A stretch of DNA of 64,000 nucleotides from the human T2T-CHM13v2.0 reference genome, Homo sapiens: the NCBI RefSeq assembly GCF_009914755.1, contig NC_060934.1; one strand, given 5' to 3'. The notes beneath the pieces were generated by a model that worked only from the letters and a program-made list of their open reading frames with translations, made no database searches and was not told where the DNA came from. Both the position numbers and the translations under genes were made by a program. Positions 48,801 through 60,800 of the stretch are shown here, one piece after another; position 1 is the first letter of the stretch; each line of letters starts with the position of its first letter.

Positions 48801-51800
48801 TAAAAGTAGACAAAATCATTCTCAGAAAACTCTTTGTGATGTGTGTGTTCAACTCACAGAGTTTAACCTTTCTTTAATCGAGCAGTTTGGAAATACACTC
48901 TTTGTAAGTCTGCAGGTGGATATTTGGCCCTCTTTGAGCCCTTCGTTGGAAACGGGATTTCCTCATATAATGCTAGACAGAAGAATTCTCAGTAACTTCT
49001 TTGTGTTGTTTGTATTCAACACACAGATTTGAACCTTCCTTTAGAGAGAGCAGATTTGAAACACTCTGTTTTTGGAATTTGCAAGTGCAGATTTCAAGCG
49101 CTTCTAGGCCTATGGCAGAAAAGGAAATATCTTCGTATAAAAACTACACAGAATCATTCTCAACAACTACTTTGTGATGTGTGCGTTCAACTCACAGAGT
49201 TTAACCTTTCTTTTCATAGAGCAGTTTGGAAACACTCTGTTTGTAAAGCCTGCAAGTGCTTTTTTGGACTTCATTGAGGCCTTCGTTGGAAACGGGATTT
49301 CTTCATATAATGCTAGACAGAAGAATTCTCAGTCACTTCTTTGTGTTGTGTGTATTCAAGTCACAGAGTTGAGCCTTCCTTTAGACAGAGCAGTTTTGAA
49401 AAATTCTTTCTGTGGAGTTTGCAAGTGGAGATTTCAAGCGATTTGAGGCTAATCTTTGAAATGGAAATATCTTCGTGTAAAAACTACACAGAATCATTCT
49501 CAGAAACTGCTTTGTCATCTGTGCGTTCAGTTCACAGAGTTTCACCTTTCTCTTCATAGAGCAGTTTGGAAAGACTCTGTCTGTAAAGTCTGCAAGTGAT
49601 TAGTTAGACCCCTTTGAGGCCTTCGTTGGAAGCGGGATTTCTCATTTACTGCTAGACAGAAGAATTCTCAGTAAATCCTTTGTGTTGTGTGTATTCAACT
49701 CACAGAGTGGAACCTTCCTTTATTCAGAGCAGTTTTGAAAAACACTTTTTGTGGAATTTGCAAGTGGAGATTTCAAGCGATTTGACGCCAATCTTAGACA
49801 TGGAAATATCTTCATATTAAAAGTACACAGAGTCATTCGTAGAAACTAGTTTGTGATGTGTGCCTTCAACTCACAGAGTTTAACCTTTCTTTTCATAGAC
49901 CAGTTTGGAAACACTCTATTTGTAAAGTCTGCAAGTGGATATTTGGACCTCTTTGAGGCCTTCGTTGGAAACGGGATTTCTTCATACAACGCTAGACAGA
50001 AGAATTCTCAGTAACTTCTTTGTGTTGTGTGTATTCAACTCACAGAGTTGAACCTTTCTTTAGAGAGAGCAGAGTTGAAACACTCTGTTTTTGGAATTTG
50101 CAAGTGCAGATTTCAAGCGATTCTAGGCCTATGGCAGAAAAGGAAATATCTTCGTATAAAAACTACACAGAATCATTCTCAACAACTACTTTGTGATGTG
50201 TGCGTTCAACTCACAGAGTTTAACCTTTCTTTTCATAGAGCAGTTTGGAAACACTCTGTTTGTAAAGCCTGCAAGTGCTTTTTTGGACTTCATTGAGGCC
50301 TTCGTTGGAAACGGGATTTCTTCATATAATGCTAGACAGAAGAATTCTCAGTCACTTCTTTGTGTTGTGTGTATTCAAGTCACAGAGTTGAACCTTCCTT
50401 TAGACAGAGCAGTTTTGAAAAATTCTTTCTGTGTAATTTGCAAGTGGAGATTTCAAGCGATTTGAGGCTAATCTTTGAAATGGAAATATCTTCGTGTAAA
50501 AACTACACAGAATCATTCTCAGAAACTGCTTTGTCATCTGTGCGTTCAGTTCACAGAGTTTCATCTTTCTCTTCATAGAGCAGTTTGGAAAGACTCTGTC
50601 TGTAAAGTCTGCAAGTGATTAGTTAGACCCCTTTGAGGCCTTCGTTGGAAGCGGGATTTCTCATTTACTGCTAGACAGAAGAATTCTCAGTAAATCCTTT
50701 GTGTTGTGTGTATTCAACTCACAGAGTGGAACCTTCCTTTATTCAGAGCAGTTTTGAAACACTCTTTTTGTGGAATTTGCAAGTGGAGATTTCAAGCGAT
50801 TTGACGCCAATCTTAGACATGGAAATATCTTCATATTAAAAGTACACAGAGTCATTCGTAGAAACTAGTTTGTGATGTGTGCCTTCAACTCACAGAGTTT
50901 AACCTTTCTTTTCATAGAGCAGTTGGGAAACACTCTATTTGTAAAGTCTGCAAGTGGATATTTGGACCTCTTTGAGGCCTTCGTTGGAAACGGGATTTCT
51001 TCATATAACGCTAGACAGAAGAATTCTCAGTAACTTCTTTGTGTTGTGTGTATTCAACTCACAGAGTTGAACCTTTCTTTAGAGGGAGCAGAGGTGAAAC
51101 ACTCTTTTTGTGGAATTTGCTAGTGTAGATTTCAAACGCTTCGAAGACAGTGATAGAAAAGGATATATCTTCGTATTAAAAGTAGACAAAATCATTCTCA
51201 GAAAACTCTTTGTGATGTGTGTGTTCAACTCACAGAGTTTAACCTTTCTTTAATCGAGCAGTTTGGAAATACACTCTTTGTAAGTCTGCAGGTGGATATT
51301 TGGCCCTCTTTGAGCCCTTTGTTGGAAACGGGATTTCCTCATATAATGCTAGACAGAAGAATTCTCAGTAACTTCTTTGTGTTGTTTGTATTCAACACAC
51401 AGATTTGAACCTTCATTTAGAGAGAGCAGATTTGAAACACTCTGTTTTTGGAATTTGCAAGTGCAGATTTCAAGCGCTTCTAGGCCTATGGCAGAAAAGG
51501 AAATATCTTCGTATAAAAACTACACAGAATCATTCTCAACAACTACTTTGTGATGTGTGCGTTCAACTCACAGAGTTTAACCTTTCTTTTCATAGAGCAG
51601 TTTGGAAACACTCTGTTTGTAAAGCCTGCAAGTGCTTTTTTGGACTTCATTGAGGCCTTCGTTGGAAACGGGATTTCTTCATATAATGCTAGACAGAAGA
51701 ATTCTCAGTCACTTCTTTGTGTTGTGTGTATTCAAGTCACAGAGTTGAACCTTCCTTTAGACAGAGCAGTTTTGAAAAATTCTTTCTGTGGAGTTTGCAA

Positions 51801-54800
51801 GTGGAGATTTCAAGCGATTTGAGGCTAATCTTTGAAATGGAAATATCTTCGTGTAAAAACTACACAGAATCATTCTCAGAAACTGCTTTGTCATCTGTGC
51901 GTTCAGTTCACAGAGTTTCACCTTTCTCTTCATAGAGCAGTTTGGAAAGACTCTGTCTGTAAAGTCTGCAAGTGATTAGTTAGACCCCTTTGAGGCCTTC
52001 GTTGGAAGCGGGATTTCTCATTTACTGCTAGACAGAAGAATTCTCAGTAAATCCTTTGTGTTGTGTGTATTCAACTCACAGAGTGGAACCTTCCTTTATT
52101 CAGAGCAGTTTTGAAACACTCTTTTTGTGGAATTTGCAAGTGGAGATTTCAAGCGATTTGACGCCAATCTTAGACATGGAAATATCTTCATATTAAAAGT
52201 ACACAGAGTCATTCGTAGAAACTAGTTTGTGATGTGTGCCTTCAACTCACAGAGTTTAACCTTTCTTTTCATAGAGCAGTTGGGAAACACTCTATTTGTA
52301 AAGTCTGCAAGTGGATATTTGGACCTCTTTGAGGCCTTCGTTGGAAACGGGATTTCTTCATATAACGCTAGACAGAAGAATTCTCAGTAACTTCTTTGTG
52401 TTGTGTGTATTCAACTCACAGAGTTGAACCTTTCTTTAGAGGGAGCAGAGGTGAAACACTCTTTTTGTGGAATTTGCTAGTGTAGATTTCAAACGCTTCG
52501 AAGACAGTGATAGAAAAGGATATATCTTCGTATTAAAAGTAGACAAAATCATTCTCAGAAAACTCTTTGTGATGTGTGTGTTCAACTCACAGAGTTTAAC
52601 CTTTCTTTAATCGAGCAGTTTGGAAATACACTCTTTGTAAGTCTGCAGGTGGATATTTGGCCCTCTTTGAGCCCTTCGTTGGAAACGGGATTTCCTCATA
52701 TAATGCTAGACAGAAGAATTCTCAGTAACTTCTTTGTGTTGTTTGTATTCAACACACAGATTTGAACCTTCCTTTAGAGAGAGCAGATTTGAAACACTCT
52801 GTTTTTGGAATTTGCAAGTGCAGATTTCAAGCGCTTCTAGGCCTATGGCAGAAAAGGAAATATCTTCGTATAAAAACTACACAGAATCATTCTCAACAAC
52901 TACTTTGTGATGTGTGCGTTCAACTCACAGAGTTTAACCTTTCTTTTCATAGAGCAGTTTGGAAACACTGTGTTTGTAAAGCCTGCAAGTGCTTTTTTGG
53001 ACTTCATTGAGGCCTTCGTTGGAAACGGGATTTCTTCATATAATGCTAGACAGAAGAATTCTCAGTCACTTCTTTGTGTTGTGTGTATTCAAGTCACAGA
53101 GTTGAGCCTTCCTTTAGACAGAGCAGTTTTGAAAAATTCTTTCTGTGGAGTTTGCAAGTGGAGATTTCAAGCGATTTGAGGCTAATCTTTGAAATGGAAA
53201 TATCTTCGTGTAAAAACTACACAGAATCATTCTCAGAAACTGCTTTGTCATCTGTGCGTTCAGTTCACAGAGTTTCACCTTTCTCTTCATAGAGCAGTTT
53301 GGAAAGACTCTGTCTGTAAAGTCTGCAAGTGATTAGTTAGACCCCTTTGAGGCCTTCGTTGGAAGCGGGATTTCTCATTTACTGCTAGACAGAAGAATTC
53401 TCAGTAAATCCTTTGTGTTGTGTGTATTCAACTCACAGAGTGGAACCTTCCTTTATTCAGAGCAGTTTTGAAAAACACTTTTTGTGGAATTTGCAAGTGG
53501 AGATTTCAAGCGATTTGACGCCAATCTTAGACATGGAAATATCTTCATATTAAAAGTACACAGAGTCATTCGTAGAAACTAGTTTGTGATGTGTGCCTTC
53601 AACTCACAGAGTTTAACCTTTCTTTTCATAGAGCAGTTTGGAAACACTCTATTTGTAAAGTCTGCAAGTGGATATTTGGACCTCTTTGAGGCCTTCGTTG
53701 GAAACGGGATTTCTTCATACAACGCTAGACAGAAGAATTCTCAGTAACTTCTTTGTGTTGTGTGTATTCAACTCACAGAGTTGAACCTTTCTTTAGAGAG
53801 AGCAGAGTTGAAACACTCTGTTTTTGGAATTTGCAACTGCAGATTTCAAGCGATTCTAGGCCTATGGCAGAAAAGGAAATATCTTCGTATAAAAACTACA
53901 CAGAATCATTCTCAACAACTACTTTGTGATGTGTGCGTTCAACTCACAGAGTTTAACCTTTCTTTTCATAGAGCAGTTTGGAAACACTCTGTTTGTAAAG
54001 CCTGCAAGTGCTTTTTTGGACTTCATTGAGGCCTTCGTTGGAAACGGGATTTCTTCATATAATGCTAGACAGAAGAATTCTCAGTCACTTCTTTGTGTTG
54101 TGTGTATTCAAGTCACAGAGTTGAACCTTCCTTTAGACAGAGCAGTTTTGAAAAATTCTTTCTGTGTAATTTGCAAGTGGAGATTTCAAGCGATTTGAGG
54201 CTAATCTTTGAAATGGAAATATCTTCGTGTAAAAACTACACAGAATCATTCTCAGAAACTGCTTTGTCATCTGTGCGTTCAGTTCACAGAGTTTCACCTT
54301 TCTCTTCATAGAGCAGTTTGGAAAGACTCTGTCTGTAAAGTCTGCAAGTGATTAGTTAGACCCCTTTGAGGCCTTCGTTGGAAGCGGGATTTCTCATTTA
54401 CTGCTAGACAGAAGAATTCTCAGTAAATCCTTTGTGTTGTGTGTATTCAACTCACAGAGTGGAACCTTCCTTTATTCAGAGCAGTTTTGAAACACTCTTT
54501 TTGTGGAATTTGCAAGTGGAGATTTCAAGCGATTTGACGCCAATCTTAGACATGGAAATATCTTCATATTAAAAGTACACAGAGTCATTCGTAGAAACTA
54601 GTTTGTGATGTGTGCCTTCAACTCACAGAGTTTAACCTTTCTTTTCATAGAGCAGTTGGGAAACACTCTATTTGTAAAGTCTGCAAGTGGATATTTGGAC
54701 CTCTTTGAGGCCTTCGTTGGAAACGGGATTTCTTCATATAACGCTAGACAGAAGAATTCTCAGTAACTTCTTTGTGTTGTGTGTATTCAACTCACAGAGT

Positions 54801-57800
54801 TGAACCTTTCTTTAGAGGGAGCAGAGGTGAAACACTCTTTTTGTGGAATTTGCTAGTGTAGATTTCAAACGCTTCGAAGACAGTGATAGAAAAGGATATA
54901 TCTTCGTATTAAAAGTAGACAAAATCATTCTCAGAAAACTCTTTGTGATGTGTGTGTTCAACTCACAGAGTTTAACCTTTCTTTAATCGAGCAGTTTGGA
55001 AATACACTCTTTGTAAGTCTGCAGGTGGATATTTGGCCCTCTTTGAGCCCTTCGTTGGAAACGGGATTTCCTCATATAATGCTAGACAGAAGAATTCTCA
55101 GTAACTTCTTTGTGTTGTTTGTATTCAACACACAGATTTGAACCTTCCTTTAGAGAGAGCAGATTTGAAACACTCTGTTTTTGGAATTTGCAAGTGCAGA
55201 TTTCAAGCGCTTCTAGGCCTATGGCAGAAAAGGAAATATCTTCGTATAAAAACTACACAGAATCATTCTCAACAACTACTTTGTGATGTGTGCGTTCAAC
55301 TCACAGAGTTTAACCTTTCTTTTCATAGAGCAGTTTGGAAACACTCTGTTTGTAAAGCCTGCAAGTGCTTTTTTGGACTTCATTGAGGCCTTCGTTGGAA
55401 ACGGGATTTCTTCATATAATGCTAGACAGAAGAATTCTCAGTCACTTCTTTGTGTTGTGTGTATTCAAGTCACAGAGTTGAACCTTCCTTTAGACAGAGC
55501 AGTTTTGAAAAATTCTTTCTGTGGAGTTTGCAAGTGGAGATTTCAAGCGATTTGAGGCTAATCTTTGAAATGGAAATATCTTCGTGTAAAAACTACACAG
55601 AATCATTCTCAGAAACTGCTTTGTCATCTGTGCGTTCAGTTCACAGAGTTTCACCTTTCTCTTCATAGAGCAGTTTGGAAAGACTCTGTCTGTAAAGTCT
55701 GCAAGTGATTAGTTAGACCCCTTTGAGGCCTTCGTTGGAAGCGGGATTTCTCATTTACTGCTAGACAGAAGAATTCTCAGTAAATCCTTTGTGTTGTGTG
55801 TATTCAACTCACAGAGTGGAACCTTCCTTTATTCAGAGCAGTTTTGAAAAACACTTTTTGTGGAATTTGCAAGTGGAGATTTCAAGCGATTTGACGCCAA
55901 TCTTAGACATGGAAATATCTTCATATTAAAAGTACACAGAGTCATTCGTAGAAACTAGTTTGTGATGTGTGCCTTCAACTCACAGAGTTTAACCTTTCTT
56001 TTCATAGAGCAGTTTGGAAACACTCTATTTGTAAAGTCTGCAAGTGGATATTTGGACCTCTTTGAGGCCTTCGTTGGAAACGGGATTTCTTCATACAACG
56101 CTAGACAGAAGAATTCTCAGTAACTTCTTTGTGTTGTGTGTATTCAACTCACAGAGTTGAACCTTTCTTTAGAGAGAGCAGGGTTGAAACACTCTGTTTT
56201 TGGAATTTGCAACTGCAGATTTCAAGCGATTCTAGGCCTATGGCAGAAAAGGAAATATCTTCGTATAAAAACTACACAGAATCATTCTCAACAACTACTT
56301 TGTGATGTGTGCGTTCAACTCACAGAGTTTAACCTTTCTTTTCATAGAGCAGTTTGGAAACACTCTGTTTGTAAAGCCTGCAAGTGCTTTTTTGGACTTC
56401 ATTGAGGCCTTCGTTGGAAACGGGATTTCTTCATATAATGCTAGACAGAAGAATTCTCAGTCACTTCTTTGTGTTGTGTGTATTCAAGTCACAGAGTTGA
56501 ACCTTCCTTTAGACAGAGCAGTTTTGAAAAATTCTTTCTGTGTAATTTGCAAGTGGAGATTTCAAGCGATTTGAGGCTAATCTTTGAAATGGAAATATCT
56601 TCGTGTAAAAACTACACAGAATCATTCTCAGAAACTGCTTTGTCATCTGTGCGTTCAGTTCACAGAGTTTCACCTTTCTCTTCATAGAGCAGTTTGGAAA
56701 GACTCTGTCTGTAAAGTCTGCAAGTGATTAGTTAGACCCCTTTGAGGCCTTCGTTGGAAGCGGGATTTCTCATTTACTGCTAGACAGAAGAATTCTCAGT
56801 AAATCCTTTGTGTTGTGTGTATTCAACTCACAGAGTGGAACCTTCCTTTATTCAGAGCAGTTTTGAAACACTCTTTTTGTGGAATTTGCAAGTGGAGATT
56901 TCAAGCGATTTGACGCCAATCTTAGACATGGAAATATCTTCATATTAAAAGTACACAGAGTCATTCGTAGAAACTAGTTTGTGATGTGTGCCTTCAACTC
57001 ACAGAGTTTAACCTTTCTTTTCATAGAGCAGTTGGGAAACACTCTATTTGTAAAGTCTGCAAGTGGATATTTGGACCTCTTTGAGGCCTTCGTTGGAAAC
57101 GGGATTTCTTCATATAACGCTAGACAGAAGAATTCTCAGTAACTTCTTTGTGTTGTGTGTATTCAACTCACAGAGTTGAACCTTTCTTTAGAGGGAGCAG
57201 AGGTGAAACACTCTTTTTGTGGAATTTGCTAGTGTAGATTTCAAACGCTTCGAAGACAGTGATAGAAAAGGATATATCTTCGTATTAAAAGTAGACAAAA
57301 TCATTCTCAGAAAACTCTTTGTGATGTGTGTGTTCAACTCACAGAGTTTAACCTTTCTTTAATCGAGCAGTTTGGAAATACACTCTTTGTAAGTCTGCAG
57401 GTGGATATTTGGCCCTCTTTGAGCCCTTCGTTGGAAACGGGATTTCCTCATATAATGCTAGACAGAAGAATTCTCAGTAACTTCTTTGTGTTGTTTGTAT
57501 TCAACACACAGATTTGAACCTTCCTTTAGAGAGAGCAGATTTGAAACACTCTGTTTTTGGAATTTGCAAGTGCAGATTTCAAGCGCTTCTAGGCCTATGG
57601 CAGAAAAGGAAATATCTTCGTATAAAAACTACACAGAATCATTCTCAACAACTACTTTGTGATGTGTGCGTTCAACTCACAGAGTTTAACCTTTCTTTTC
57701 ATAGAGCAGTTTGGAAACACTCTGTTTGTAAAGCCTGCAAGTGCTTTTTTGGACTTCATTGAGGCCTTCGTTGGAAACGGGATTTCTTCATATAATGCTA

Positions 57801-60800
57801 GACAGAAGAATTCTCAGTCACTTCTTTGTGTTGTGTGTATTCAAGTCACAGAGTTGAGCCTTCCTTTAGACAGAGCAGTTTTGAAAAATTCTTTCTGTGG
57901 AGTTTGCAAGTGGAGATTTCAAGCGATTTGAGGCTAATCTTTGAAATGGAAATATCTTCGTGTAAAAACTACACAGAATCATTCTCAGAAACTGCTTTGT
58001 CATCTGTGCGTTCAGTTCACAGAGTTTCACCTTTCTCTTCATAGAGCAGTTTGGAAAGACTCTGTCTGTAAAGTCTGCAAGTGATTAGTTAGACCCCTTT
58101 GAGGCCTTCGTTGGAAGCGGGATTTCTCATTTACTGCTAGACAGAAGAATTCTCAGTAAATCCTTTGTGTTGTGTGTATTCAACTCACAGAGTGGAACCT
58201 TCCTTTATTCAGAGCAGTTTTGAAAAACACTTTTTGTGGAATTTGCAAGTGGAGATTTCAAGCGATTTGACGCCAATCTTAGACATGGAAATATCTTCAT
58301 ATTAAAAGTACACAGAGTCATTCGTAGAAACTAGTTTGTGATGTGTGCCTTCAACTCACAGAGTTTAACCTTTCTTTTCATAGAGCAGTTTGGAAACACT
58401 CTATTTGTAAAGTCTGCAAGTGGATATTTGGACCTCTTTGAGGCCTTCGTTGGAAACGGGATTTCTTCATACAACGCTAGACAGAAGAATTCTCAGTAAC
58501 TTCTTTGTGTTGTGTGTATTCAACTCACAGAGTTGAACCTTTCTTTAGAGAGAGCAGAGTTGAAACACTCTGTTTTTGGAATTTGCAACTGCAGATTTCA
58601 AGCGATTCTAGGCCTATGGCAGAAAAGGAAATATCTTCGTATAAAAACTACACAGAATCATTCTCAACAACTACTTTGTGATGTGTGCGTTCAACTCACA
58701 GAGTTTAACCTTTCTTTTCATAGAGCAGTTTGGAAACACTCTGTTTGTAAAGCCTGCAAGTGCTTTTTTGGACTTCATTGAGGCCTTCGTTGGAAACGGG
58801 ATTTCTTCATATAATGCTAGACAGAAGAATTCTCAGTCACTTCTTTGTGTTGTGTGTATTCAAGTCACAGAGTTGAACCTTCCTTTAGACAGAGCAGTTT
58901 TGAAAAATTCTTTCTGTGTAATTTGCAAGTGGAGATTTCAAGCGATTTGAGGCTAATCTTTGAAATGGAAATATCTTCGTGTAAAAACTACACAGAATCA
59001 TTCTCAGAAACTGCTTTGTCATCTGTGCGTTCAGTTCACAGAGTTTCACCTTTCTCTTCATAGAGCAGTTTGGAAAGACTCTGTCTGTAAAGTCTGCAAG
59101 TGATTAGTTAGACCCCTTTGAGGCCTTCGTTGGAAGCGGGATTTCTCATTTACTGCTAGACAGAAGAATTCTCAGTAAATCCTTTGTGTTGTGTGTATTC
59201 AACTCACAGAGTGGAACCTTCCTTTATTCAGAGCAGTTTTGAAACACTCTTTTTGTGGAATTTGCAAGTGGAGATTTCAAGCGATTTGACGCCAATCTTA
59301 GACATGGAAATATCTTCATATTAAAAGTACACAGAGTCATTCGTAGAAACTAGTTTGTGATGTGTGCCTTCAACTCACAGAGTTTAACCTTTCTTTTCAT
59401 AGAGCAGTTGGGAAACACTCTATTTGTAAAGTCTGCAAGTGGATATTTGGACCTCTTTGAGGCCTTCGTTGGAAACGGGATTTCTTCATATAACGCTAGA
59501 CAGAAGAATTCTCAGTAACTTCTTTGTGTTGTGTGTATTCAACTCACAGAGTTGAACCTTTCTTTAGAGGGAGCAGAGGTGAAACACTCTTTTTGTGGAA
59601 TTTGCTAGTGTAGATTTCAAACGCTTCGAAGACAGTGATAGAAAAGGATATATCTTCGTATTAAAAGTAGACAAAATCATTCTCAGAAAACTCTTTGTGA
59701 TGTGTGTGTTCAACTCACAGAGTTTAACCTTTCTTTAATCGAGCAGTTTGGAAATACACTCTTTGTAAGTCTGCAGGTGGATATTTGGCCCTCTTTGAGC
59801 CCTTCGTTGGAAACGGGATTTCCTCATATAATGCTAGACAGAAGAATTCTCAGTAACTTCTTTGTGTTGTTTGTATTCAACACACAGATTTGAACCTTCC
59901 TTTAGAGAGAGCAGATTTGAAACACTCTGTTTTTGGAATTTGCAAGTGCAGATTTCAAGCGCTTCTAGGCCTATGGCAGAAAAGGAAATATCTTCGTATA
60001 AAAACTACACAGAATCATTCTCAACAACTACTTTGTGATGTGTGCGTTCAACTCACAGAGTTTAACCTTTCTTTTCATAGAGCAGTTTGGAAACACTCTG
60101 TTTGTAAAGCCTGCAAGTGCTTTTTTGGACTTCATTGAGGCCTTCGTTGGAAACGGGATTTCTTCATATAATGCTAGACAGAAGAATTCTCAGTCACTTC
60201 TTTGTGTTGTGTGTATTCAAGTCACAGAGTTGAGCCTTCCTTTAGACAGAGCAGTTTTGAAAAATTCTTTCTGTGGAGTTTGCAAGTGGAAATTTCAAGC
60301 GATTTGAGGCTAATCTTTGAAATGGAAATATCTTCGTGTAAAAACTACACAGAATCATTCTCAGAAACTGCTTTGTCATCTGTGCGTTCAGTTCACAGAG
60401 TTTCACCTTTCTCTTCATAGAGCAGTTTGGAAAGACTCTGTCTGTAAAGTCTGCAAGTGATTAGTTAGACCCCTTTGAGGCCTTCGTTGGAAGCGGGATT
60501 TCTCATTTACTGCTAGACAGAAGAATTCTCAGTAAATCCTTTGTGTTGTGTGTATTCAACTCACAGAGTGGAACCTTCCTTTATTCAGAGCAGTTTTGAA
60601 AAACACTTTTTGTGGAATTTGCAAGTGGAGATTTCAAGCGATTTGACGCCAATCTTAGACATGGAAATATCTTCATATTAAAAGTACACAGAGTCATTCG
60701 TAGAAACTAGTTTGTGATGTGTGCCTTCAACTCACAGAGTTTAACCTTTCTTTTCATAGAGCAGTTTGGAAACACTCTATTTGTAAAGTCTGCAAGTGGA

